A stretch of DNA of 64,000 bases from Burkholderiaceae bacterium (GCA_018882935.1 VERA01000001.1:7505-71504); one strand, 5' to 3'; positions 11,230 through 21,613 are shown, counted from the stretch's first letter. The notes: generated from the letters alone by a model not told the origin. Made by a program: numbers and translations.

Positions 11230-12045
11230 ATGGAACTCACCGTCAATAATCAACCTGCCTACGCCTATACCGGTGGTAAAACATTTGATCGTTCACGTCC
11301 TACAGCGGTATTCATTCATGGCGCACAGAATGATCACTCGGTCTGGATTTTACAAACCCGCTACTTCGCACATCACGGATTTTCAGTGCTGGCAGTTGAT
11401 TTGCCAGGGCATGGTCGCAGCGGAGGTGACGCGCTGACTTCCGTAGAGGCAATGGCAGATTGGTTGAACCAGGTACTTGATGCAGCCAGCGTCCAACAAG
11501 CAGTTCTGATCGGCCACAGCATGGGCTCGCTGATCGCGCTGGAGGCTGCTGCAAGATCCCCCGAGCGTATCAAAGGCCTGGCGTTGGTCGGTACTGCTTA
11601 CCCCATGCGCGTATCGCCGGCGCTGCTTGAGACGTCGCGCGAGCGTGAGCCGGTCGCGATCGATATGGTGAATATCTGGTCGCACTCGACGATTGCACAG
11701 AAACCCTCTGCACCCGGCCCGGGTTTTTACGTGCATGGCGGTAGCCGGCGGCTGATGCAGCGCATCTCTGAGATCAATCCTGCCAAGGTTTTCCATACCG
11801 ACTTCGCGGCCTGTAATGACTACAGTCATGGCGAGCAAGCTGCAGCAGCGCTGCACTGCCCTGCATTATTTCTGCTCGGCCGCAAAGACATCATGACGCC
11901 TGCCAAAGCAGCCACGTCGCTCTCCTCTGCCTTTAAACAATCGAAAACCGTGACCTTGGAGGCCTGCGGCCATGCGCTGATGGCGGAGCAACCCGATCAG
12001 GTACTGGATGAGTTGTTCGCTTTTTCGTGCGGTGTAGTGAAGTAA
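11230..12045 (+). CDS. Alpha/beta-fold hydrolase
   Basis: FIHGA, DLPGHGRS, GHSMG nucleophile elbow, C-terminal GH; starts 1 nt after the metY stop. Confidence 0.88.
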   Translation: MELTVNNQPAYAYTGGKTFDRSRPTAVFIHGAQNDHSVWILQTRYFAHHGFSVLAVDLPGHGRSGGDALTSVEAMADWLNQVLDAASVQQAVLIGHSMGSLIALEAAARSPERIKGLALVGTAYPMRVSPALLETSREREPVAIDMVNIWSHSTIAQKPSAPGPGFYVHGGSRRLMQRISEINPAKVFHTDFAACNDYSHGEQAAAALHCPALFLLGRKDIMTPAKAATSLSSAFKQSKTVTLEACGHALMAEQPDQVLDELFAFSCGVVK

Positions 12046-13292
12046 TCTGAAAGCGGCGTTGATAAATCGCGGCTAAGCAACTTGGCTACCTGCTGCGATA
12101 ACGCGGAATCCGGCGACGGGCTGAACGCAAACACGCTGAATACCTCGGCTAGCGTTAACTTATCGGGGTTGGCAAGCAAGACCCATTTGTCCTGTTTGGC
12201 TTGTGCGCGTCTACGAAAAGAAATCGTACCCAAGCGCTGCGGGCGAACCCTGCCCACCCAGCCCATTTCCAGCATGCGCTGCAGCAGGTGCTCGATCTCA
12301 TCAAAGCCTAACTGAGTACGTTCACGCATAAGCCACGCGTCTACTGCTGCGTGATCTGCTCGCGCATCGTGTAATACTTTCAGCAGCGCTGCGGCGTCAA
12401 CAAAATCATCTCCCGGGCCGGGGCGATGCCACCAACGCTCATAACGTATCGCCGGTAACGCGGCTGCAACTACCGCGCCGAGTAGCGTGATAAGCCAAAA
12501 CAGGTAGATCCAGATCAGGAAAACCGGAAACGCTGCCAACGCGCCGTAGATGGCGCGATAGCCCCCACCCATCGATATTGACAACGAAAACAGACGGCGC
12601 GCAATCTCGAATGCGATGCCCGCTACCAGCCCACCGATAAGTGCCTCGCGCCAATCGACGAAACGATTCGGCACCGTCAAATAAAGTAAAGCGAATGCAC
12701 AGGTAGAGAGCAGAAGCGACAGCAGCAGCGTGACACTGGAGTTCAGCAGTGACGGCTGACGGAGGGTGCCGCCGAACATAGGCAAAAACTCGGAAGCTTC
12801 CGAAGCGGCAGTTAACGAAGCGCCCAGCAGCAGTGGCCCGATTGTCATGACGGCCCAGTACACCACCAGACTTTGCAGTACCGGACGGGACTCACGCACG
12901 CGCCAGATACGGTTGAGGGTGCGATCTACCATGCTGAACATCAGAATCGCGGTCACCATCAGGAACACCGCACCCACTGCCGACAAGCGACTGGCTTTGG
13001 CAGAGAACTGTGTCAGGTAATCGAGTATGGTGTTGGCTATCCCCTTCGGCATCACCGACTGCACGAAATAGGTTTCGAGTGAATCGCGAAAGCTTGTGAA
13101 TAGCGGGAAGGTGGTAAAGATCGCAAACGCAATGGTCAGTACTGGTACCAGTGCCAACACCGTGGTGTAGGTCAGGCTGCCCGCCACCTCGAATAGATGC
13201 TCTTCACGCAGCCGAATACCAACGAAACGTGCCAGATCACGTACCTGTGAGCCGGTCCAACGACCAGAGGGATGCGGGGAGCGTGGTGTCAT
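11997..13292 (-). CDS. YihY/BrkB family inner-membrane protein with a C-terminal winged-helix-like extension
   Basis: AGSLTYTTVLALVP, YxAIYGALAAFPVFLIWIYLFW motifs; start uncertain (13292 or 13328). Confidence 0.85.
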   Translation of the reverse strand: MTPRSPHPSGRWTGSQVRDLARFVGIRLREEHLFEVAGSLTYTTVLALVPVLTIAFAIFTTFPLFTSFRDSLETYFVQSVMPKGIANTILDYLTQFSAKASRLSAVGAVFLMVTAILMFSMVDRTLNRIWRVRESRPVLQSLVVYWAVMTIGPLLLGASLTAASEASEFLPMFGGTLRQPSLLNSSVTLLLSLLLSTCAFALLYLTVPNRFVDWREALIGGLVAGIAFEIARRLFSLSISMGGGYRAIYGALAAFPVFLIWIYLFWLITLLGAVVAAALPAIRYERWWHRPGPGDDFVDAAALLKVLHDARADHAAVDAWLMRERTQLGFDEIEHLLQRMLEMGWVGRVRPQRLGTISFRRRAQAKQDKWVLLANPDKLTLAEVFSVFAFSPSPDSALSQQVAKLLSRDLSTPLSDYFTTPHEKANNSSST

Positions 13293-13349
13293 GATGGAGA
13301 TCGCGCCAAGGGCAGGCGCTGTATGCAATGAAGCGCGCGCCTATAATAG

Positions 13350-13964
<615 letters not shown>

Positions 13965-13967
13965 AGC

Positions 13968-14375
13968 ATGGAAGTCACGCCGTTTCAACATCGACTGCAC
14001 CAGCTCGCCAGCGCAAGCCTGGTATTACTGATCGTATTGTGCGTACTGTGGGAACTGGTGCTTGCGCCACTGCGACCGGGTGGCTCGTGGATGGTGATCA
14101 AAGCACTGCCGCTGCTCGCACCCCTGCCCGGTACGCTACGTCGCAATGTCTACACCATGCAATGGGCGTCGATGATGGTGCTGATGTATTTCACCGAAGG
14201 CGTGGTTCGTGCATGGAGTGAGCAAGGCCTTTCGCAATTACTCGCAGGTGCAGAAATTGTATTCTCGACGCTGTATTTTTTTGCAGCGATTTTTTTCCTG
14301 CGGCCTTACAAGCGTGAGGCAAAGCGACTTGCGCAAGAGGCCTTGCAACGCGCCGCCGAGCCCCATGAGCGATGA
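13968..14375 (+). CDS. DUF2069-like membrane protein
   Basis: KALPLLAPLPG and YTMQWASM..LMYFTEGVVRA motifs; typical position after wrbA. Confidence 0.8.
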   Translation: MEVTPFQHRLHQLASASLVLLIVLCVLWELVLAPLRPGGSWMVIKALPLLAPLPGTLRRNVYTMQWASMMVLMYFTEGVVRAWSEQGLSQLLAGAEIVFSTLYFFAAIFFLRPYKREAKRLAQEALQRAAEPHER

Positions 14376-15771
14376 GTTTCTAAGCCAGTGCGCGCAACGC
14401 ATCGGTGCCCGGCATGTGCTGACCGGTGACGACATGGCGGGTTATCTCACCGACTGGCGCCGCCGGTTCACCGGACGCGCGCGAGCAGTTCTTCGACCAG
14501 GGTCAACCAAGGAAGTAGCGATGCTGGTGCAGCTTTGCGTTGCGCATCGCGTGCCGATTGTGCCGCAAGGTGGTAATACCGGCTTGGTGCTGGGTAGCGT
14601 GCCTGACGATAGCGGCCACGCGGTGGTGCTATCGCTGTCTCGGCTACACCGAGTGCGGGAAGTAGACGCAATTAACAACACACTCACCGCCGAGGCCGGC
14701 TGCACCCTGCATCAGGTGCAGCAAGCTGCTGAGGCGCATGGCCGGTTGTTTCCTTTATCGCTTGCCTCCGAGGGTAGCTGCAGTATTGGCGGTAATCTCG
14801 CCACCAACGCAGGTGGTACTGCGGTACTCCGATACGGCAATGCGCGCGAGCTGACGCTGGGTCTGGAAGTCGTCACTGCACAGGGTGATGTCTGGCACGG
14901 TCTGCGCGGTCTGCGTAAAGACAATACCGGCTACGACCTGCGTGATTTATTTATCGGCTCCGAAGGGTCGCTTGGCATCATTACTGCCGCGGTACTGAAG
15001 CTATTCGCGCTACCAGCCGCCCGCGCGACTGCGTTGTTTGCACTGGCATCAGTCAGCGACGCGCTTAACCTGCTGAGCTTGGCGCGAACGCGCTGCGACG
15101 CCAACCTGACAGGCTTCGAGTTGATGTCTGACTTTTGCCTGCAGCTGGTCGAGCGCCACTTCAGCACGCAACGACTACCCTTTGCGCAGCGCTACCCGCA
15201 GTATGTGTTGATGGAGCTATCCACTACCGAGCCTGAAGCTCATGCGATTGCACAGCTGGAGGCGGTAGCATCGCGGGCCATCGAGACATCGATTGCGCAT
15301 GATGTCATCATGGCGACCTCGCTCTCGCAATCGAAAGCGCTGTGGGGACTACGCGAACATATCTCCGAGGCACAAGCCTCTGAGGGCAAAAACATCAAGC
15401 ATGATGTTGCTCTACCCATCTCAGCGATTCAAAATTTCATTGTTGATGCCGATGCCGAGCTTCAACATGCTTTCCCGGGTTGCAGAATGGTGACATTTGG
15501 TCATCTGGGCGATGGCAATCTTCATTACAATGTGTCGGCGCCAGCCGGCCAGGATGATGAATCATTTTTGACTCAGCAGGAAGCGATCAACAGAATCGTA
15601 CATGATCGTGTTCATCACTACGGCGGCTCGATCTCTGCCGAGCATGGTATTGGCGCACTCAAGCGACAAGAAATTTTGCGCTACAAAACCGAGACTGAGA
15701 TGGCAATGATGATCGCCATCAAGCGGGCACTAGACCCGCTCAATTTGATGAATCCCGGGAAAGTCGTTTAA
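14365..15771 (+). CDS. FAD-binding oxidoreductase (D-2-hydroxyacid dehydrogenase/GlcD-like)
   Basis: PQGGNTGL, GGNLATNAGG, GHLGDGNLH and SISAEHGIG motifs; start reassigned to 14365 (MSDEFL). Confidence 0.9.
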   Translation: MSDEFLSQCAQRIGARHVLTGDDMAGYLTDWRRRFTGRARAVLRPGSTKEVAMLVQLCVAHRVPIVPQGGNTGLVLGSVPDDSGHAVVLSLSRLHRVREVDAINNTLTAEAGCTLHQVQQAAEAHGRLFPLSLASEGSCSIGGNLATNAGGTAVLRYGNARELTLGLEVVTAQGDVWHGLRGLRKDNTGYDLRDLFIGSEGSLGIITAAVLKLFALPAARATALFALASVSDALNLLSLARTRCDANLTGFELMSDFCLQLVERHFSTQRLPFAQRYPQYVLMELSTTEPEAHAIAQLEAVASRAIETSIAHDVIMATSLSQSKALWGLREHISEAQASEGKNIKHDVALPISAIQNFIVDADAELQHAFPGCRMVTFGHLGDGNLHYNVSAPAGQDDESFLTQQEAINRIVHDRVHHYGGSISAEHGIGALKRQEILRYKTETEMAMMIAIKRALDPLNLMNPGKVV

Positions 15772-15808
15772 GTTGCATTCCCGGGCAGTTACTGTCTCGG
15801 GGAATGCC

Positions 15809-16219
15809 ATGAAATTTTTTCTGACGGGGTTGTTACTGCTGCAGCCGCTTGCGGCCTACGCAGTGTATCGGTGTGAGTTCAACGGAACAATCAGCTACTC
15901 AGATCTGCCTTGTGCCGGGAGTCAATTAGACTTGTCACATGAGCCATCAACACCGCATAGCGACGATCATCAGACTAAAAACGAGCGCAGCGAAGTAAGC
16001 CGCTTGCAAAAACTGCGAGAACAACGTGAGCGGCAAGATCAGCAGATTCGTGACCTCGCCGCACGTGGTGCTGCTGCGCGTGAGCGTAAATGCCGATCAT
16101 TGGCGCTGCAGGTTAAGTGGCGCGAAGAAGATGTACGCGAGGTAACGCTAGACAAAGCGCATAAAGCGAAAATTCGACTTCGGCGCGCAACCGAAAAGTT
16201 TGATAGCGAGTGCCGATAA
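15809..16219 (+). CDS. Secreted DUF4124-like protein with a C-terminal coiled coil
   Basis: Signal peptide followed by VYRCEFNGTISYSDLPC. Confidence 0.75.
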   Translation: MKFFLTGLLLLQPLAAYAVYRCEFNGTISYSDLPCAGSQLDLSHEPSTPHSDDHQTKNERSEVSRLQKLREQRERQDQQIRDLAARGAAARERKCRSLALQVKWREEDVREVTLDKAHKAKIRLRRATEKFDSECR

Positions 16220-16310
16220 TCAGGTTGGGGCAATTAGGTCCTGCATCTGCCCGATAGGGATTTTCCGCCGAGCGACTTGAGCAACAGTGGCATAGGCTGC
16301 GAGGTGCGTT

Positions 16311-16661
16311 TTATGTCTCAGGCTGCGCTGACTGATTTTCCAACGCCTCACGTAGCTGCTGCTCTAGCCGGGCATGAATGGCTGGCCCATATTGCTGATA
16401 CAACGATGCGAATAATTCATCAAGCAGCAGCGTATTGGCAATGTAAACCTTGGTATTGTCGATAGACTTGACGAATACCAGCTCGATACCCGCGAGCGCC
16501 TCCAGCTGCTTGAATACGGCTGAAGCGCCGAGCTCTGTGCGTTGCGCAATATCCTGTACCGATAGGCCGTTTTTATCCGCTTCAAGCAACACCTGAATAA
16601 TCTGTACACGTTCCTCGATGGACATGGCACCCAGAAAGCGGGCGATGTGTTTAATGTCCAT
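16311..16661 (-). CDS. ArsR/SmtB-like winged-helix regulator (no Cys)
   Basis: ERVQIIQVL, GLSVQDIA, SAVFKQLEAL..IELV pattern. Confidence 0.7.
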   Translation of the reverse strand: MDIKHIARFLGAMSIEERVQIIQVLLEADKNGLSVQDIAQRTELGASAVFKQLEALAGIELVFVKSIDNTKVYIANTLLLDELFASLYQQYGPAIHARLEQQLREALENQSAQPET

Positions 16662-16772
16662 CGTAGTTGCATTTGATCGATTCATGGCGCCAGGTAAACG
16701 AGCTTATCAGGTGGATACAGGGTCAAAACACAGCATCAAAGTACAGCGCCAATACAAGATCAAATTACACGG

Positions 16773-17174
16773 TCAAATTGACTTGAGCCGCTGCGCGATG
16801 CGCGCTGCCTCCTCGGCCTGCTCATCAAGCAGGTGCGCTGTTTGATGCGCAACCGCAGCCATATCGCTGATACGCTTCTTGACTGCCTCCGATGAGTGCC
16901 AAAGCTGCGACTCGTCGACATGAAAATCCAACTCAGGCTCTGCTTTGGCCGCTACAACTGGCGTGGACGGTGCGGGCGAGGCAGCCGGCTGCGCAGCGCT
17001 TTCGACTTGCGCAGCGGGCAGCGTTGCGGCGGGCGCAGGCTCGGGCACCACGGCGCTCGGCACTGGTTGCGCTTGGGTTTGTGGTTTACGACGAGGGCGC
17101 GGCGCGCCCTCACTCTCTCCCATTTGAGGACCGTGATCCCCACGAAAAATATTGGCTTCTTCTGACATGAGCAA
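16773..17174 (-). CDS. Hypothetical protein: Pro/Ala-rich disordered region plus C-terminal helical/coiled-coil segment
   Basis: 133-aa ORF filling the gap between two genes, same strand as its neighbours; no family recognised. Confidence 0.6.
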   Translation of the reverse strand: MLMSEEANIFRGDHGPQMGESEGAPRPRRKPQTQAQPVPSAVVPEPAPAATLPAAQVESAAQPAASPAPSTPVVAAKAEPELDFHVDESQLWHSSEAVKKRISDMAAVAHQTAHLLDEQAEEAARIAQRLKSI

Positions 17175-17331
17175 ACTCCCATCGGCGGGGTCGCCGTAAA
17201 CAAGTCTGCCCTATTCTAACTGGCGTAACTGCATACGCGCCAGAAAGCTGTTCGGAACCTGCCCCGTAAGGTCAGCGCTACCCGCGCCGGCTCAAGCCGA
17301 TCCCGCACCACGCGCAGGCGGGTATTTCGGC

Positions 17332-18135
17332 CTATCGCTTCAACGAAGGCAGGCGCCGTAACAGCTTCAGGCCATCGGGGTCGACAATTTCAATGTACTT
17401 TTGGTCGACGCGAATATACCCGCCACGAGCGAAGCCAGACAGCGTACGGCTGACGGTTTCCAGCGTGAGGCCCAGGTAACTGCCAATGTCTTCTCGGGTC
17501 ATACGTAAATGAAATGACTTATCCGAGAAGCCCATGGCGCGGAATTTTTGCGAGATCGACAGCAGGAATTTTGCGACGCGCGCCTCGGCAGGAAGCGTAC
17601 CCATCATATAGCCAACCTTTTGACCACTGATCAAAGCCTGGCTCATCAGCTCTACCAATCGACGCCGGAAACCGTGGGCCTTGCCTCCGGTACCACTGAA
17701 GAACTCCAGGGGCACCACAATCAATTCGATATCCGACAAGGCGACCAAGGTGTTCTTGAACGTCTTGGATTCGATACCATCAAAACCGATCAGATCACCC
17801 TTCATCGGAAAATCGAGAATTTTCTCGTTTCCGTATTTATCAATCCATGAGGTCTTGAGAAATCCTGCGTACACAATAAAAATCGCATCGCAACGGTCAC
17901 CACCGGTGTACACGCGCGAGCCGGTTCTTGATTTGATATGTTGGAATCGGTATGCATCAGTGCCAAGCGAATCATCGGCCTCGATACGGAGTATCTGGTA
18001 AACCTGCTCGACGTTTGACCACAGCCGCGGAAAGTTATCAGCCATTCTTGAGTAACGACCAATATCGGCCACACTGCGGTGTTCAACTGCTTCGTCAGAC
18101 GACTTTTGTAGTGTTTGCATAGCGCTCCCCTTCAT
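17332..18135 (-). CDS. Crp/Fnr family regulator, FixK-like (lacks the FNR Cys cluster)
   Basis: cNMP-like domain (GDLIGFDGI) and HTH MTREDIGSYLGLTLETVSR; only one Cys; start may be 18120. Confidence 0.88.
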   Translation of the reverse strand: MKGSAMQTLQKSSDEAVEHRSVADIGRYSRMADNFPRLWSNVEQVYQILRIEADDSLGTDAYRFQHIKSRTGSRVYTGGDRCDAIFIVYAGFLKTSWIDKYGNEKILDFPMKGDLIGFDGIESKTFKNTLVALSDIELIVVPLEFFSGTGGKAHGFRRRLVELMSQALISGQKVGYMMGTLPAEARVAKFLLSISQKFRAMGFSDKSFHLRMTREDIGSYLGLTLETVSRTLSGFARGGYIRVDQKYIEIVDPDGLKLLRRLPSLKR

Positions 18136-18345
18136 CTGAATTACCGCATGTCAGCGGAAAGATGGAGGCGATACTAGAGCAAATCTTTTCGATAATTTCC
18201 GTGAACACGCGCGCAAGTGCGGCTGCTCAAAGCACGTAAACGAGCATCAACTTGGCCTGACTTAACATGCCAGATCGATGAGGTCGATCGAACTACAGAG
18301 CTGATCATGCGCAGGAATACAGAATGATTACGCACAGTCATATCA

Positions 18346-19164
18346 TCAAGCAGCAACTGCAAGAATCATGTCGGATGGATCAATATAACAATCGACACGT
18401 GACAACGTAGCCAGCTGCAATGAATCGATGACCGAGTTATCAACGGTAACGACTAGAGGTAGTCCTTCATCCGTAGTAATGCAAAGCTCGGCTCTGCGTT
18501 CACCGCGTGTGAGTGTGTCGATCTGTCCTCGTAAGCGATTCAAGTCGCGACCTGTCGCTGCGGTTGGCGATGAAAGTTCTACCGCAGATGCCTTGATCAA
18601 GGCGAATACCTTAGCCCCGATGTTGAGCTGAAGCTCACGACAACTCTCGTGTGTGATTGATGCGATCAGCCTGAGCTTGTCGTTAACCAGCAGACCAATA
18701 TCGTCGTTCACCGGGCCTTGCAGCATCGAGACAATGACAGCGCCAAATTGATTACGAGCGCTGGTTTTCATTGCAATATCGGTTAGCCGCGCATAGTCAG
18801 CCTCAAGATCATTGGCTAAACGATTCAATCGATGAACAAACCGCGCATGCTCGGCGCTGATCAAATCAAAATTTTTGAGCAGCTGCTTACCACGCTCGGT
18901 CAGCTGCGTGCGGCCACCGCCTTTGCCGCCAGCGTGCCGCTCGAGCAGTCGATCGCCAGTGAGTTGCGTCATTTGATCGATCGTGTCCCATGCACCTTTG
19001 TAGCTGTAGCCGGCGATTTTTGCCGCCTTGGTCAGATTTTCGGTAAGTCCGATCTGCCTCAGCAGCTCTATGCGCTTTCGGTTGGCGAGCAGCGTGTCGC
19101 CGTGGCGCAGCGTCAGCTCGGCGTCTAGCGCCAGCGGTAATGAAACTTCGCGATACGTTGTCAT
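18346..19164 (-). CDS. modE: Molybdate-responsive regulator (wHTH plus two TOBE/Mop domains)
   Basis: GYSYKGAWDTI, GGKGGGRTQLTERG, TSARNQF, ITHES and ALIKAS motifs. Confidence 0.93.
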   Translation of the reverse strand: MTTYREVSLPLALDAELTLRHGDTLLANRKRIELLRQIGLTENLTKAAKIAGYSYKGAWDTIDQMTQLTGDRLLERHAGGKGGGRTQLTERGKQLLKNFDLISAEHARFVHRLNRLANDLEADYARLTDIAMKTSARNQFGAVIVSMLQGPVNDDIGLLVNDKLRLIASITHESCRELQLNIGAKVFALIKASAVELSSPTAATGRDLNRLRGQIDTLTRGERRAELCITTDEGLPLVVTVDNSVIDSLQLATLSRVDCYIDPSDMILAVAA

Positions 19165-19369
19165 TTACAAAATAATGCAGCTATTAAGTGAGCATTTTCT
19201 AATCTACCCGAGTTGACAAGCAAGATAAACCTCAATAAACTTTGATCAAGATTTACTCAAGTATATTTAGATAGTAATTCCCCTTGTTAGTGGGCGATTT
19301 ATCCGCGATATAGGCGCGTCCATCAAAATTTACCTATATACATTTTCAAGGCCAAAAAAACTCAATGAT

Positions 19370-20767
19370 ATGAAGAATTCGCTGAACCACATCGCGCTGG
19401 CGCTTGGCCTGTTTGCCAGTACTCAGCTGGCGGCACATGCCGGCGACGACGTCAAAATCCTGCTCGAGTTGTTGCTCGAAAAAGGCGTCATCACGCAAGA
19501 CGAGTTTGATCAGAAACTGAAGCTGGCGCGCGAGAAGGAAGAGATTCGCGCCTTCAACGAGGCGCAGGATATTCGTCGAGCGAATCGTGAGATCGACAAG
19601 CGCGCCGAGGACGAGCGCAAATTCAAAACCCAAATCTATGGGCAGCTTTCGGCTGGCTACTACCAAGCGTCGAACATGAGCTCGGCTAACCTGGATGCTT
19701 CGGGCATGAGCGACCAGCCCAAGGGAAATAACCGCGCCGGACTGAAAGTGTCGCGCGAACTGAACGCCGACAACACCGTGATGGTGACGCTGGAGTCAAA
19801 TTTCTCAGCGCGTACCGGCGCAATTGGGCGCGACGCCGCCGGTTACGGAACCGCAAATAACAATACACCCGGCGCCACGCTGCTGGATCGCGAGGCAAAT
19901 GTTCGTTGGATATCGAAAGAGTACGGCACGTTCATCCTCGGGCGCGGGCCCACGCTGCAAAACGATCTATCGGGTGCATTCGACGCACGACAGAACTGGA
20001 ATTTCGGTGGCCTCAAGCCGATCGGTCGCTACATCGGCTCGCATAGCGCGAATGGCGTAAACCGCGCCGATAAATTATTTCGCTATATCTCTCCGAATTG
20101 GAACGGATTTAATCTTGATACCGGCGTCTCATTTGGCGGCGTACCCGGTAATGATGAACGAGGCACGAATTACTACCTAGGCGGTCGCTACAAAAACGGA
20201 AACTTCGAGCTAGGCTACAACCATGCGGAGGTCCGGCTAGGGGGTAGCAGTCCCGCGAATACACCGACCAGTCAGCAAGCGGTAAACAACCGCGTCGATT
20301 TCCTTGCTGCGAAATACAGCATGGAGCAGCTAACGCTGAATACCGGTTTTATCATGACCCGTAATCCTTCTACGGCGTCAGGTGGCAGCTTTAATACCTT
20401 CGTCACCAACGGGCGAGTCAATGCCAATACATGGTTCGCAGGCGCGGTCTACCGGTTTACACCAACGATCAGTTGGAACCTCGGCTACTACGCAGTTGAT
20501 GACCGTACTGTGCAGACCAGCATCAATAAAAATAATGACGTGCAAATGCTGGCCACAGGCCTGACTTATACACCGTACAAAGATTGGGATTTTTTCATTG
20601 ACTATGCCACCGCCCGACGACAGGCGGGCGCGACAGGCGCGTTCACGATCTACGACAAATGGGGCCCTGATACGGGAACACCCTGCGCGAGTAGTACAGG
20701 CACAGGTTGCTCGGAGAGCAAATCAAGTCAGACAGGCGTTTCGGTTGGTGCTCAGTACAAGTTCTAG
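19370..20767 (+). CDS. Outer-membrane porin (Gram-negative porin type) with an N-terminal helical extension
   Basis: Signal peptide, IYGQL, VTLESNF, REANV, FILGR, NRAD...YISP, C-terminal GAQYKF barrel signal. Confidence 0.8.
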   Translation: MKNSLNHIALALGLFASTQLAAHAGDDVKILLELLLEKGVITQDEFDQKLKLAREKEEIRAFNEAQDIRRANREIDKRAEDERKFKTQIYGQLSAGYYQASNMSSANLDASGMSDQPKGNNRAGLKVSRELNADNTVMVTLESNFSARTGAIGRDAAGYGTANNNTPGATLLDREANVRWISKEYGTFILGRGPTLQNDLSGAFDARQNWNFGGLKPIGRYIGSHSANGVNRADKLFRYISPNWNGFNLDTGVSFGGVPGNDERGTNYYLGGRYKNGNFELGYNHAEVRLGGSSPANTPTSQQAVNNRVDFLAAKYSMEQLTLNTGFIMTRNPSTASGGSFNTFVTNGRVNANTWFAGAVYRFTPTISWNLGYYAVDDRTVQTSINKNNDVQMLATGLTYTPYKDWDFFIDYATARRQAGATGAFTIYDKWGPDTGTPCASSTGTGCSESKSSQTGVSVGAQYKF

Positions 20768-20800
20768 CGCAACCTGCTACTGGCATCCAAATTAATCGCT

Positions 20801-21613
20801 ATGAAATTTACAGGTATGAGGTCAACTGACATGACATTTACTGACACCACATCATCCGGCAAAAGATTCGGCATCATGCTGTCGATTGCACTCTGTCTAT
20901 TGACCCTGACGAGCGCTTGGGCTGCCGAGGTAAAAGTCGCCGTCGCCGGTAATTTTGCGCAACCGATGAAAGATATCGCTACCGAATTCGAAAAAGATAC
21001 CGGGCACAAACTTAATTTGTCGCAGGGCGCTACCGGCAAGTTTTACGCGCAAATTAGTAATGGTGCCCCATTCGATGTACTGCTCTCAGCTGATGATGAA
21101 ACGCCCGCCAAGCTGATTAAAGAAGGGAAAGCCGTATCAGGCAGCCAATTCACCTATGCGATCGGGCGGTTGGTGCTGTGGTCACCGGACGATAAGTTGG
21201 TGGATCAAGGCGGTGCTGTGCTGAAGAGCGACAAGTTCAAGTTCTTGTCGATCGCCAATGCGAAGGTTGCACCGTACGGACGTGCTGCAGTCCAGACGAT
21301 GCAGAAATTAGGTGTACTGAGCAGCATTGAGCCGCGCGTCGTTCAGGGTGAGAGCATCACGCAAACACATCAATTTGTCTCAACCGGTAATGCGCAGCTT
21401 GGCTTTGTTGCCTTGTCGCAGGTGTGGGATGGTAGCAAGATCAAGTCCGGTTCTGCCTGGATTGTGCCGGAATCGATGCATGAACAACTCAAGCAAGATA
21501 TCGTACTACTCAACCCGGGTAAGGAATCGCCGGCCGCCTCAGCTCTGATCGATTATATAAAGTCAGAAAAATCAAAAAAAATTATCGAGCGCTACGGCTA
21601 CAGACTTCCTTGA
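20801..21613 (+). CDS. modA: Molybdate ABC transporter substrate-binding protein
   Basis: VAVAGNF, GATGKFYAQISNGAPFDVLLSAD, APYGRAA, VSTGNAQLGFVALS; start may be 20830. Confidence 0.93.
   Translation: MKFTGMRSTDMTFTDTTSSGKRFGIMLSIALCLLTLTSAWAAEVKVAVAGNFAQPMKDIATEFEKDTGHKLNLSQGATGKFYAQISNGAPFDVLLSADDETPAKLIKEGKAVSGSQFTYAIGRLVLWSPDDKLVDQGGAVLKSDKFKFLSIANAKVAPYGRAAVQTMQKLGVLSSIEPRVVQGESITQTHQFVSTGNAQLGFVALSQVWDGSKIKSGSAWIVPESMHEQLKQDIVLLNPGKESPAASALIDYIKSEKSKKIIERYGYRLP

Noticed and set aside
20790-20820. ATCGCTATGAA as a ModE half-site directly upstream of modA
   Set aside because: No matching right half-site at canonical spacing
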